Source: an uncultured Flavobacteriales bacterium
GTDB lineage: Bacteria > Bacteroidota > Bacteroidia > Flavobacteriales > UBA7312
Assembly (NCBI GenBank): GCA_963991165.1
Contig: CAXDOW010000003.1
Coordinates: 1-50,584 of the forward strand
Reading direction: 5' to 3'
DNA length: 50,584 nt
Below are positions 37,779 through 46,117 of the stretch, in pieces. The notes below the pieces were generated by a model. The model searched no databases. It worked only from the letters and a program-made list of their open reading frames with translations, and had not been told where the DNA came from. Position numbers and translations under genes: made by a program. Each line of letters begins with the position of its first letter. Within the stretch, counting starts at the first letter, position 1.

Positions 37779-38076
37779 GAATTATTCTCCCTTTTGTTTT
37801 TCCTTTTTTAGCGATCCCATCTCTCGGTTTACTTCTAATTAAACCTCCTTTTCTAACCTTTAAAGATTCCACCCCATCTGGGAGTTTCTTTATTGGTTTT
37901 TTATCTTTCTTTGGTTTTTCTTCCTTCTTTTCTTCTTCATCATCTGAAAAATATTTTCGATAGAATTCCTCAGCCGCTCTACCTGCACCAAATGCACCCC
38001 CCAAAATAACACCCCCTCTTACAATTGGTGCGATAGCAACTTGGGTTGGCTTTTTCTTTGTATCTTTCTCAGCCAC
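37759..38076 (-). CDS. Small charged hypothetical protein
   Basis: C-terminal KGG...RDGIAKKGKTKGR. Confidence 0.6.
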   Translation of the reverse strand: MAEKDTKKKPTQVAIAPIVRGGVILGGAFGAGRAAEEFYRKYFSDDEEEKKEEKPKKDKKPIKKLPDGVESLKVRKGGLIRSKPRDGIAKKGKTKGRIIRGVFNK

Positions 38077-38351
38077 TAAACCATTCGACCTTTTGTCTTA
38101 CCTTTTTTAATAATACCATCAGCACGGCTAGAAGCATTTGATGCTACCTTTTTCTTTTTAACACCACCAGCAGCTCCGCCTTTTGATTGCATGTAACCAC
38201 CACCTGCTTTTTTATCTTTATCTTTAGGTCTTGTAGTTAATACCCTTGACACTGCTCTAGCTTGTGATCCGGGATCATCACTTTCCATTACAGCATCTTC
38301 TAACTCTTTTGCTGTTTTGTTCTCTTTTTTATTTTTGTCATGTTTAGCCAT
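38076..38351 (-). CDS. Small basic hypothetical protein
   Basis: C-terminal KGG...RADGIIKKGKTKGRMV; start at 38351 by TAATG coupling. Confidence 0.6.
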   Translation of the reverse strand: MAKHDKNKKENKTAKELEDAVMESDDPGSQARAVSRVLTTRPKDKDKKAGGGYMQSKGGAAGGVKKKKVASNASSRADGIIKKGKTKGRMV

Positions 38352-38644
38352 TATTTTCCCCAAAAAAATTGTTGCACCATAATTATAAAAGCAGTTACAG
38401 CACTACCTGCACCTGCTGCCCACATCAATGTTTTCCAACCACCTCTAGCTTCTGATAATACCTTATGTATCTCAGCTAGAGATGTTTTAATCTCTTCTAT
38501 ATCAGCTTTCATTTCATCCATATCATCTTGAATGTGATGTATTTCGTTTGCTTGAACAGCTATTTCACTTTCAATAGTTGGTTTTTTCCTACGTCTTCTA
38601 GGTTTTGGTTTTGGCTTAGTCTTTGTTAAGATTGCTTCACTCAT
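38351..38644 (-). CDS. Coiled-coil protein with C-terminal TM segment
   Basis: Heptad IQDDMDEMKADIEEIK then GGWKTLMWAAGAG hydrophobic tail. Confidence 0.65.
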   Translation of the reverse strand: MSEAILTKTKPKPKPRRRRKKPTIESEIAVQANEIHHIQDDMDEMKADIEEIKTSLAEIHKVLSEARGGWKTLMWAAGAGSAVTAFIIMVQQFFWGK

Positions 38645-38940
38645 TAGCATTTCCACCTTTTTCTAGCTTGTCGTAAACGACTGTTTGGATCTTTAGCTGC
38701 CTTTGGGAACATTTTCATTTGTCCAGCAGAACGTGCACAAAATGATTTGCGTCTTTTTGCATCTTTTGAACCTTTTTTAACTTTTCCTGTTACAGCAGTT
38801 TTTAATTTAGAACCGGGATTAGCTCTGCGATATGCAGCTACTCCTTTTTTAGTCATACCTGCACCCTGCTTAGTCGGGCGAAAATTACCCGACTTCACAG
38901 AAGTTTTAATTCCCATTCCTTTTTTTCTTTTAGCCTTCAT
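38644..38940 (-). CDS. Small basic hypothetical protein
   Basis: GMTKKG...NPGSKLK...RRKSFCARS...DPNSRL...WKC. Confidence 0.7.
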   Translation of the reverse strand: MKAKRKKGMGIKTSVKSGNFRPTKQGAGMTKKGVAAYRRANPGSKLKTAVTGKVKKGSKDAKRRKSFCARSAGQMKMFPKAAKDPNSRLRQARKRWKC

Positions 38941-39217
38941 AAAACAAAGTAACACTAGGTATATTAGTTGTGCTACTAGATGTTACATGAATACCATCAC
39001 CGAACAAAAGACCTCTACCCGGTACATAAACTGTTTCTGTACCAATTGCACTAGGAGCGGTCAACTCTAATAGTGTAGTTCCTCCGCCTGATCCATTACT
39101 AAAAGTCAAATCAGCACTGGCAGCATGAACGTAGTATATGGCTTGTAGTCTTGAACGAGGTGTAACTGTCGCTGAAGAAGACGTAAAAGATAGACTTCTA
39201 ACATCTGATTCCATCAC
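38930..39217 (-). CDS. Small beta-rich virion protein
   Basis: VPGRGLLFGDGIHV...VTLFY; RBS AAGGAG. Confidence 0.6.
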   Translation of the reverse strand: MMESDVRSLSFTSSSATVTPRSRLQAIYYVHAASADLTFSNGSGGGTTLLELTAPSAIGTETVYVPGRGLLFGDGIHVTSSSTTNIPSVTLFYEG

Positions 39218-39224
39218 CTACTCC

Positions 39225-39674
39225 TTATGAGTCAGTTACATTTAAATTTACGTTCTGTAGATATTTAACGGTTACATCAGCAATACCTTCATCACCATCT
39301 ACTATACCTGTTGGGTTAAACGTAGCGATGACTGTACGATCACCAGTACCAATATTTATAGAAGCTGTAGCCATTCCTGTGCTTTGTGTTAAAGCAACTG
39401 CTTTAGCGTTTGCACTATTTAATAAAGCCGTTGTAGCTCCTGAAAAACCAACAGAAAGAGTGGCTGCTGCAGAATTATTAGAAGCCTCTACAACATTAAA
39501 TGAAACTTCTGTAATTTTAGAGTTTGCTGGTACGACACCGACTGTTGTTGTAGCGGTTGCCCCAACAATATCTACTACTGCTGATTGAGCCATAATTACA
39601 AAACCAGTGTTTGAAGTAGCTCCATCTCTTTTATCGCCCGCTTTGATTGGGCCTGAAAATGTTGTTGTTGCCAT
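39225..39674 (-). CDS. Putative capsid decoration/minor structural protein
   Basis: MATTTFSGPIKAG start, Thr/Ala-rich, downstream of the capsid gene. Confidence 0.6.
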   Translation of the reverse strand: MATTTFSGPIKAGDKRDGATSNTGFVIMAQSAVVDIVGATATTTVGVVPANSKITEVSFNVVEASNNSAAATLSVGFSGATTALLNSANAKAVALTQSTGMATASINIGTGDRTVIATFNPTGIVDGDEGIADVTVKYLQNVNLNVTDS

Positions 39675-39686
39675 TTTTATCTCCGT

Positions 39687-39755
39687 GTATTAGCACATCG
39701 TCACACAATCTCTAATACGTCTGCTAGGTCAGTATGTGTGACTAATTAACCCTAG
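39687..39755 (-). ncRNA. Candidate double-pseudoknot cis-regulatory RNA
   Basis: Four interleaved complementary pairs (5, 8, 3 and 7 bp) in 69 nt, ending 2 nt before the GGAG RBS of gene 39674. Confidence 0.55.
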
Positions 39756-39908
39756 TTATTTTTTGATAGTTTCTTTAACCCAATTATAAGGTTTTTCAGA
39801 ATAATCTACCATTGCTTTTGCCATAGCAGCGTTACCGTCTATGACACTTTTTGTTGATTCAGATACTTGCTTTGTCCAAGCATCCCAAAATTTTATAATT
39901 ATATCCAT
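39756..39908 (-). CDS. Small protein not in the ORF track (50 aa, amphipathic)
   Basis: MDIIIKFWDAWTKQVSESTKSVIDGNAAMAKAMVDYSEKPYNWVKETIKK with RBS GGAGA. Confidence 0.6.
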   Translation of the reverse strand: MDIIIKFWDAWTKQVSESTKSVIDGNAAMAKAMVDYSEKPYNWVKETIKK

Positions 39909-39918
39909 TTATGTCTCC

Positions 39919-39950
39919 AAAAATGAGAAGGGGGCACATGGCCCCCACTC
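39919..39950 (-). terminator. Hairpin/terminator after major capsid gene
   Basis: - strand GAGTGGGGGCCATGTGCCCCCTTCTCATTTTT. Confidence 0.65.
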
Positions 39951-39952
39951 GA

Positions 39953-40864
39953 TTAAGATGAACCGGGCGATCCAAACATTCCCAATGGATCAGAAAATCC
40001 AAAGGAATATCTCTCACGAGCCTTGTACCGTACATTACCTGTGTCGAAATCTCCATCCATAGATGTAGCCATAGGTGAACGAACAAAGTGCTTAAGACCG
40101 TTAGGTATATCTGTTGTTAAGAACCAAGCGTTTGTATCAGTTAAATAGTGGTTTATTGAATAACCTTCAGGTATAGAACCATTATTAGCCAATGCATTAA
40201 GATCATTATCAGCAGTACCAACTCTTCCTTGAGTTTCTAATAAACGTGTTGCCACGAATTGTAGTGCTGGAGGAATGATTAACTTTCTTGGTTGTGATGC
40301 AATTAATAAACCACGCTCATCTACCCAAGCTGCAATCTGAATTACTGAATCTTCTAAAGATGTTTCATTCAAGTCTGCTCCTGTAGACGGACGGTTACTG
40401 TTTGTACCACCACTTACTAATGGATGATCTGTAGCAAACAAAGGCTTGCCATCACCACCTGTAAATGCAGTGTTAAAACCATTATTTAAAGTAGCTGCAG
40501 CTTTTACTTGTTTTGTATAAGCCATCGCTCTTGCTAAAGCCTTTGTGTAACGAGAAGAAAGACTATCGTAAAGATTATCTTCCATTGCTTCTTCAGTTAC
40601 CGCAAAACCCATAGCTATGGTTTCGTGTGAATATCTAGCAGTAAACGCCTCTTGTGCATTATCAAATTCTACAGCAGCACCTTCAGTTTTAACTGGAGCT
40701 GCACCAAAGCCAGAAAGCTTTGTTTCCTCTTCAAACGAACGCTCGGAAGTTTCTTGCTCGTATATCTCCTTGTGCTCTTCGCCGTACTTGGCATACTCTA
40801 AACCAAACAAAGCATTTAAGCCCGGAAGGAGTTCTTTCAGTAGTTGTGCTCTTGAAATAGCCAT
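39953..40864 (-). CDS. Major capsid protein
   Basis: 303 aa after scaffold; ELLPGLNALFG, DGKPLFATDHPL, KLIIPPAL, KARERYSFG; strong RBS and downstream terminator. Confidence 0.88.
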   Translation of the reverse strand: MAISRAQLLKELLPGLNALFGLEYAKYGEEHKEIYEQETSERSFEEETKLSGFGAAPVKTEGAAVEFDNAQEAFTARYSHETIAMGFAVTEEAMEDNLYDSLSSRYTKALARAMAYTKQVKAAATLNNGFNTAFTGGDGKPLFATDHPLVSGGTNSNRPSTGADLNETSLEDSVIQIAAWVDERGLLIASQPRKLIIPPALQFVATRLLETQGRVGTADNDLNALANNGSIPEGYSINHYLTDTNAWFLTTDIPNGLKHFVRSPMATSMDGDFDTGNVRYKARERYSFGFSDPLGMFGSPGSS

Positions 40865-40875
40865 TTAAAGTCTCC

Positions 40876-41538
40876 TTATACGCCTAATGAGTTGTCATAC
40901 GCATGTACGCCAACATTAAATTTAACAATGAACTCAGGGAAATTATCAGTTTCAGTGCCTTCAACAACATCAATAACTCTCATAGCAAGAGTTTCAGTTG
41001 CTGCTAAAGTACCACCGTTAGTATCAATTTTAAGTGATACACCTGAATTACCTGTACTTGTGCTACCTGATGTACTGAAATCTAAAGAACAGTTTTTACC
41101 AACAGCACCAGCAAAACCAGATCCATCTGTACCGCTGTTGAATGTTCCCAACGCTGCGTTACCTTGAATCTTATACAACTGTCTTGGATCATCATTAACC
41201 AGTATTTTGATTTCTGTAAATCCTGAAGTTGTAGCATTAGCTGGTAAAAATTGCTTGAATAATAGCTGTCCGTTATTATCAACATACCTAGCACCAACCA
41301 TAACTCCTACAATTCCCGGCGTTCCGTTTGCAGATGTAGCTGCAAGTTCGTTAGCAGTGGGAGTTGAAGATACAGCGGCTGGTAAACCAGCGGCACTTAA
41401 CACAACTAAATCACCATTAAAAATAGCGGCAGAGTTATTAGCTTTCACATGATAATGTCTAATAGCACCGCCATTGTAGGGTGCACCACCAATCATATTG
41501 GTAGGCTTTAACCCAAAGGGGGAAGCAGTAGCTGCCAT
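40876..41538 (-). CDS. Capsid-associated structural protein
   Basis: PFGLKP...IFNGDLV...VNDDP; immediately upstream of MCP. Confidence 0.6.
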   Translation of the reverse strand: MAATASPFGLKPTNMIGGAPYNGGAIRHYHVKANNSAAIFNGDLVVLSAAGLPAAVSSTPTANELAATSANGTPGIVGVMVGARYVDNNGQLLFKQFLPANATTSGFTEIKILVNDDPRQLYKIQGNAALGTFNSGTDGSGFAGAVGKNCSLDFSTSGSTSTGNSGVSLKIDTNGGTLAATETLAMRVIDVVEGTETDNFPEFIVKFNVGVHAYDNSLGV

Positions 41539-41553
41539 TTTCTATCTCCTAAA

Positions 41554-42000
41554 TTAATTACCTTTACCGAATGTCGTGGTTGACTTTTTATCTGAATATA
41601 AAGGCATCCTCGGATCATTCTCTCGCATAAAATTATTCTCAACAGCAGTGAGCTGTTGACTGGCTTTATCCTCGTAATACTTTTGACGACTATCTGTCAT
41701 CTCAACAGGTGCTTTACATAACATCAAACCACCTATCTCTACGTTACCGGACTGCTTAGATGAATCATCTAAAGACAGAGCCAACTCCGGATGATCCTCC
41801 GCTCTACAAGGTTCCCAACCTTCCCTACGGCGAACAGAAACATTACGGACATCAGACTGTCCATTTATCGCAGTTCTAACCCAACGGAATTTATAGCCGT
41901 CCATAGGTTTCGGGTCAGGTAGTTGTTGTGGAGGTGCATAACTCATAGCACGAGATTCTTTTTCTCTCGTTTGAAGTTCTCGATCAACACGATTACCCAT
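41554..42000 (-). CDS. Hypothetical head-module protein
   Basis: GYKFRWVR...REGWEP...GGLMLCK; start MGNRVD at 42000 after AGGAGA. Confidence 0.7.
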   Translation of the reverse strand: MGNRVDRELQTREKESRAMSYAPPQQLPDPKPMDGYKFRWVRTAINGQSDVRNVSVRRREGWEPCRAEDHPELALSLDDSSKQSGNVEIGGLMLCKAPVEMTDSRQKYYEDKASQQLTAVENNFMRENDPRMPLYSDKKSTTTFGKGN

Positions 42001-42001
42001 T

Positions 42002-42988
42002 TTATCTTTTCTCCTGTAGTGCAACTTGTTTAGCGTAAACTTCTAAGGGAACGCCTAATTTCCTAGCAATAGCTACTTGACTTTTTGTCAACGTAATTTT
42101 TTTACTTGGAGTCGTTCTTGTCGCCGGGGCTACCACCGTTTTTTGTTGTTGGCTAGTAATTTCCTTTTGAGGTTCCTCATCGAACTTCTCTGGAAATACT
42201 TGTCTCAGCCGAGAATCTATTTTCTCGTAATATTCATCTGAACGGGGATCAGTCCCGTCCTTTACCAGTTTGGTATGCAGTCCATAAGCAAATGATGTTA
42301 ATTCATCATCAACCCCAAACCATTTGTTTTTGTCGTACCAAGCCATAGCTTTTTCATCTGGTGGGGCTGGCTGTTGAACAGGTTGATTTAACGGTATCTC
42401 TTTTTCTTCTTTTTGTAAAGTATTTTCTGTAGTTTTTTCAACTGTTTTATCGTATTGAGGTACGTACCGCTTCCAATTTTCCAACTCAATGTTTTGTTGA
42501 GTTAACTCTGCCATCGCTTGAGATATTTGTTCAGCATCTCCTGATTCTTGTGCGGCAACTAAATTTTTCTTAGCCATGGCAATAGAAGCTTCTGCTTTTT
42601 GTTTGGATTGCTCCATCAAAGTCTTTTCACCATCTGATAATTTTTGTCTTAACGCTTCATTTTCTTGTTTAACTTGTTTTGCGTATTTAATAGCTTCTTG
42701 TTGTTCTCTAAATGCTTTTTCTTTTTCTCTGCGTTCATCGTGCCAAGCACGTTTCATCTCATCTATTCGTTTTTGTACTTTTGCGTTATATTCTTTAACT
42801 TCATCTTCAGTAGGTTCTTTCGGAGGAGTCTTCATAGACTTACGCCCACGGTCTTCTGCGGGAGTATCATCTACTACTTCTATTTCTAACTCTTCTTTTT
42901 TCGCTTCTTTTTTTGGTTCAGTTTCTTCTACAGGAGTACCTTCCTGTTCTACTGCTTCTACTTCAACTTTTTCTTCTTGGTTTTCCAT
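42002..42988 (-). CDS. Capsid scaffolding protein
   Basis: Acidic N-terminus, long coiled coil, C-terminal IARKLGVPLEVYAK; RBS AAGGAG before 42988. Confidence 0.7.
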   Translation of the reverse strand: MENQEEKVEVEAVEQEGTPVEETEPKKEAKKEELEIEVVDDTPAEDRGRKSMKTPPKEPTEDEVKEYNAKVQKRIDEMKRAWHDERREKEKAFREQQEAIKYAKQVKQENEALRQKLSDGEKTLMEQSKQKAEASIAMAKKNLVAAQESGDAEQISQAMAELTQQNIELENWKRYVPQYDKTVEKTTENTLQKEEKEIPLNQPVQQPAPPDEKAMAWYDKNKWFGVDDELTSFAYGLHTKLVKDGTDPRSDEYYEKIDSRLRQVFPEKFDEEPQKEITSQQQKTVVAPATRTTPSKKITLTKSQVAIARKLGVPLEVYAKQVALQEKR

Positions 42989-42998
42989 TTCATTCTCC

Positions 42999-43397
42999 TT
43001 ACGCACGGGTATATCCACGAGGGTCATCGACAACCGCCTCTATTTGGTCATCATTAATTAATCTAAATTCTTCATTGCGGATATTGAATCTAGTGCCAGA
43101 GTAATTTCTCATAATTACAAAATCGCCTTCTTTACACCAAGGCCCATCAGGAAACTTCGACTCATCTTTATAAGCAAGAGGCCCAAGCTTTACTACAAAA
43201 CCTAAACATGAAGCGATCTCTTCAGCTCTTTTTGTAGAATCTGCTAAAACAATTCCAGCATCTCCCACAGTATCTTCAATCTTTGGTAAAGTAATAAGGA
43301 TCTTATATCCTGACGGTTGTGGGAGTTTTAACTCTCCAATTTCTTCAGCTAGTTTTTGCGTTTTTTGTTTATCTATCGCACCTATTCTAGTGTTCAT
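42999..43397 (-). CDS. groES: Co-chaperonin GroES-like protein
   Basis: PSGYKILI...GIVLADS...VVKLGP...EGDFV...YSGT...RLINDDQIEAVV. Confidence 0.85.
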   Translation of the reverse strand: MNTRIGAIDKQKTQKLAEEIGELKLPQPSGYKILITLPKIEDTVGDAGIVLADSTKRAEEIASCLGFVVKLGPLAYKDESKFPDGPWCKEGDFVIMRNYSGTRFNIRNEEFRLINDDQIEAVVDDPRGYTRA

Positions 43398-43594
43398 GTA
43401 CTATCCTCTGTTTGTTTCGCAGTTTCAATTACATCAAGGATGTCTCTTTCAGCAAGAGACAGTCCATGAATTACCCCAACCTGAAACCGATAGTCAGGGA
43501 AATTTTGTGCACTTCCGGAAGCTAATCCATCAGCGTAATTATTCATATGTTCTCTAAGTTTTTCTACAATTACTTCTTCAAACGATCTAGGCAT
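43394..43594 (-). CDS. Hypothetical protein
   Basis: Coupled ORF between portal and GroES; LASG...DY...VGVIHGL. Confidence 0.65.
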   Translation of the reverse strand: MPRSFEEVIVEKLREHMNNYADGLASGSAQNFPDYRFQVGVIHGLSLAERDILDVIETAKQTEDST

Positions 43595-46109
43595 CTGGCG
43601 TTCCTTCCGGTGGGGTTGGTTTTGTATCGTCTTCAGATTCTTGTTGTTGCCTGTCTACAGCATCTCTGGCTATTTCCATACCTATTTTTAACCCTGCAAG
43701 CTGTTGATCGGCAGCTTGTTTATCTTTAGCCTTTGCTGCTTCAAGACCAATTCTTGCCCCCTCAGTTTCAGCCTGAGTTGATATTCTTTGCTTTTCAACT
43801 TCAATCTGGTCAGCTTTAGCTGCTGAATCCATAAAGTCTTTTGCTTTCTTTCTCTTAATTTCTTCTTGTTTGAGTTGTAAGTCTGCTTGCTTAAGTTGTA
43901 GTTCAGCTTGTTGCATTTTAACAATTGGATCTTGTTGTGCTTGTTGAGCTTGTTGTGCTGCAACTTGTTGTTTACTCATACCCAATACAATATCTGAAGC
44001 TTTTGCTGCAACTTTAGATAATTCAACTTCCATATCTTTTGGTAGATCTTCTTCTGGAGGCGGTAAAGAAGTACCCATGGCATCTTCAATTTTTTGTCTA
44101 TATGCAAACGCTAAATGTTCTGCAATATGTGCCTGTAGAGAAGAAGCTATTGCTTTTGCGTTTGGATTCTGTCCTATCATTTGTTGAATCAAAGGATCTT
44201 GCATAGCGTTCATGTGAACTTTTATATGTGCTTCGTGATCTTGATATATAAACGCTTTTAAAGGTCGTAACTGTATAGCGTTCATGTTTTCACTTATTGG
44301 ATTCAACGGTTTTTGGTCATCATCCAACGGAAGTATCTTCTCTACTGCTCTCACGCCTAAAGTTTCTAACATTTGTCTATGTAACTGAGCCATATCATAC
44401 ATCTGAGGAGCAGAAGAAGCTAACTGTAAAACTGCCTGATATTGCACAACTCTTTGCGACATTGTTGACGCATTTGGGTCAGAAACAGGGATAACCTCGA
44501 CTATATCGTAGTCTTCTCTAGTAGTTACACCTTCAGAATCGTTATATTTCGGGGTATATTCGTAGTTTTTAGGTGCAGATTCACTAATTATTGCGGCTAA
44601 AAGCTGAAATTCTGTCTTCATAGCCGCATGAATACGGGCTTGTACTGCTGACATAACCTTTAAACTACGTTCTAACAACGCTAAAGTCGTTCCAACAGGA
44701 GTTTCTTTATTAATATCAGATATTTTTAGCTCTGCAACTGCTGCAAGTGATCTTCCTTGCTCTACAATCATATTCATGAGGGCTAAAAGCGTTTGGGAAG
44801 GCTCTTTATACGGTAAAAATGTGATATTTTCGTTAATTTTACCCCCCGGAACGTCCACATCTCTAAATTCTCCCGGAGAAATAGGCGTATCATCGCCTTT
44901 TATACGTAATCCTCGTGTTTTTAGACCCCCCGGAAGGTTACTTAACGTACCAGAATCCACTAATTGACGTAAAAGTGAGGTTGCTGACTTGGCATGACCT
45001 CCAACTAAGTGAATTAAACCATATCCATAAAATCCAAAACCGGGAATATAGATGTAATGGACAAAATGCATACGCTTTTGATAACTTTTATCTTCAGAAT
45101 CCCAGTTTCTTCTAATAGCTAAAATCTCTCCAGAAGATTTTTCAATAGTTATTACGTATGGAACAGCTATATCATCTTCACTTTTTAATGGGTCGCCTTC
45201 AATAACTAAATCAGCATGAACTTCTAACAAAATATAACGATCATCTGCACTGACACTAGCTTCTTCCATATCAGGACGTATTTCAGAATAGTCAGGACTT
45301 ACTTCTTCCGGCTCTGGTAATTCTACATCTCTATAAAAACCAGCCACCTGTAGTTTTTTTACCTCATTTGCATTTTTACGCATGATGTGTGTATAGCGTT
45401 CAGAGGTTTTTAAATCTGATGCACCATATGAAATAACAAAATCCTCTGCTGGCACAAATATAGAGATTTGTCTTTCTAACGCAGGATCGTAATACACTTT
45501 TTTAAATGCACTTCCTGCTAAAGCCAAAGACCATAACATCTTTTCATGTTCAGGTCTGTACTCTGCCATTTTTACGGTAAGTTGATAATTCATGTCGTCT
45601 TTGACACGTCTCGCAGCTTCTTCTTTTTCCTTAGTAAGTTTACCTATGATTTGTGTTTTAACTGGCCCCTGTGCAGGAAAAGTTTCCATGATTGCATCGG
45701 CTTGAAACCTAACAACGGCTTCTGATAAGATGGGATTAAAGACACCACATGCTCCCGTCCAAGGTTCACTCCTGTCTTCAATTTTTAATCCAAGTAATTT
45801 AAGACCATCTCTATAAGTTTTTTCCCAATCTTTTCTTGAAGCTTTATCACTTTCAAAACTCGCTATTAAATCTTCAGATATTTGAATTAATTCTTCTTCG
45901 CCCAGATATTCAGCCAAGTTTGCTGAAAACTCTTTTATGCCTGTACCTACGTCAGCATCAGGATCAATGATAATTTGCATATCATCTGTGGTTATAGTTA
46001 CCTGTTCCGGATCTTCTATTTGTATCTGCACATCAGGTTCCATAGCGTTTTCCATGGGCATACCCTCTGGTGCGGAATACAAACTTTTTTCTATACTATT
46101 TTTAGCCAT
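43587..46109 (-). CDS. Portal protein
   Basis: 840 aa directly after TerL; GSAFKKVYYD, GFGFYGYGL; Gln-rich C-terminal coiled-coil barrel as in P22-like portals. Confidence 0.88.
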   Translation of the reverse strand: MAKNSIEKSLYSAPEGMPMENAMEPDVQIQIEDPEQVTITTDDMQIIIDPDADVGTGIKEFSANLAEYLGEEELIQISEDLIASFESDKASRKDWEKTYRDGLKLLGLKIEDRSEPWTGACGVFNPILSEAVVRFQADAIMETFPAQGPVKTQIIGKLTKEKEEAARRVKDDMNYQLTVKMAEYRPEHEKMLWSLALAGSAFKKVYYDPALERQISIFVPAEDFVISYGASDLKTSERYTHIMRKNANEVKKLQVAGFYRDVELPEPEEVSPDYSEIRPDMEEASVSADDRYILLEVHADLVIEGDPLKSEDDIAVPYVITIEKSSGEILAIRRNWDSEDKSYQKRMHFVHYIYIPGFGFYGYGLIHLVGGHAKSATSLLRQLVDSGTLSNLPGGLKTRGLRIKGDDTPISPGEFRDVDVPGGKINENITFLPYKEPSQTLLALMNMIVEQGRSLAAVAELKISDINKETPVGTTLALLERSLKVMSAVQARIHAAMKTEFQLLAAIISESAPKNYEYTPKYNDSEGVTTREDYDIVEVIPVSDPNASTMSQRVVQYQAVLQLASSAPQMYDMAQLHRQMLETLGVRAVEKILPLDDDQKPLNPISENMNAIQLRPLKAFIYQDHEAHIKVHMNAMQDPLIQQMIGQNPNAKAIASSLQAHIAEHLAFAYRQKIEDAMGTSLPPPEEDLPKDMEVELSKVAAKASDIVLGMSKQQVAAQQAQQAQQDPIVKMQQAELQLKQADLQLKQEEIKRKKAKDFMDSAAKADQIEVEKQRISTQAETEGARIGLEAAKAKDKQAADQQLAGLKIGMEIARDAVDRQQQESEDDTKPTPPEGTPDA

Positions 46110-46117
46110 GATTTATC

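Noticed and set aside
42999-43397. GroES as an unusual auxiliary gene
   Set aside because: Co-chaperonins are common in head modules of aquatic phages
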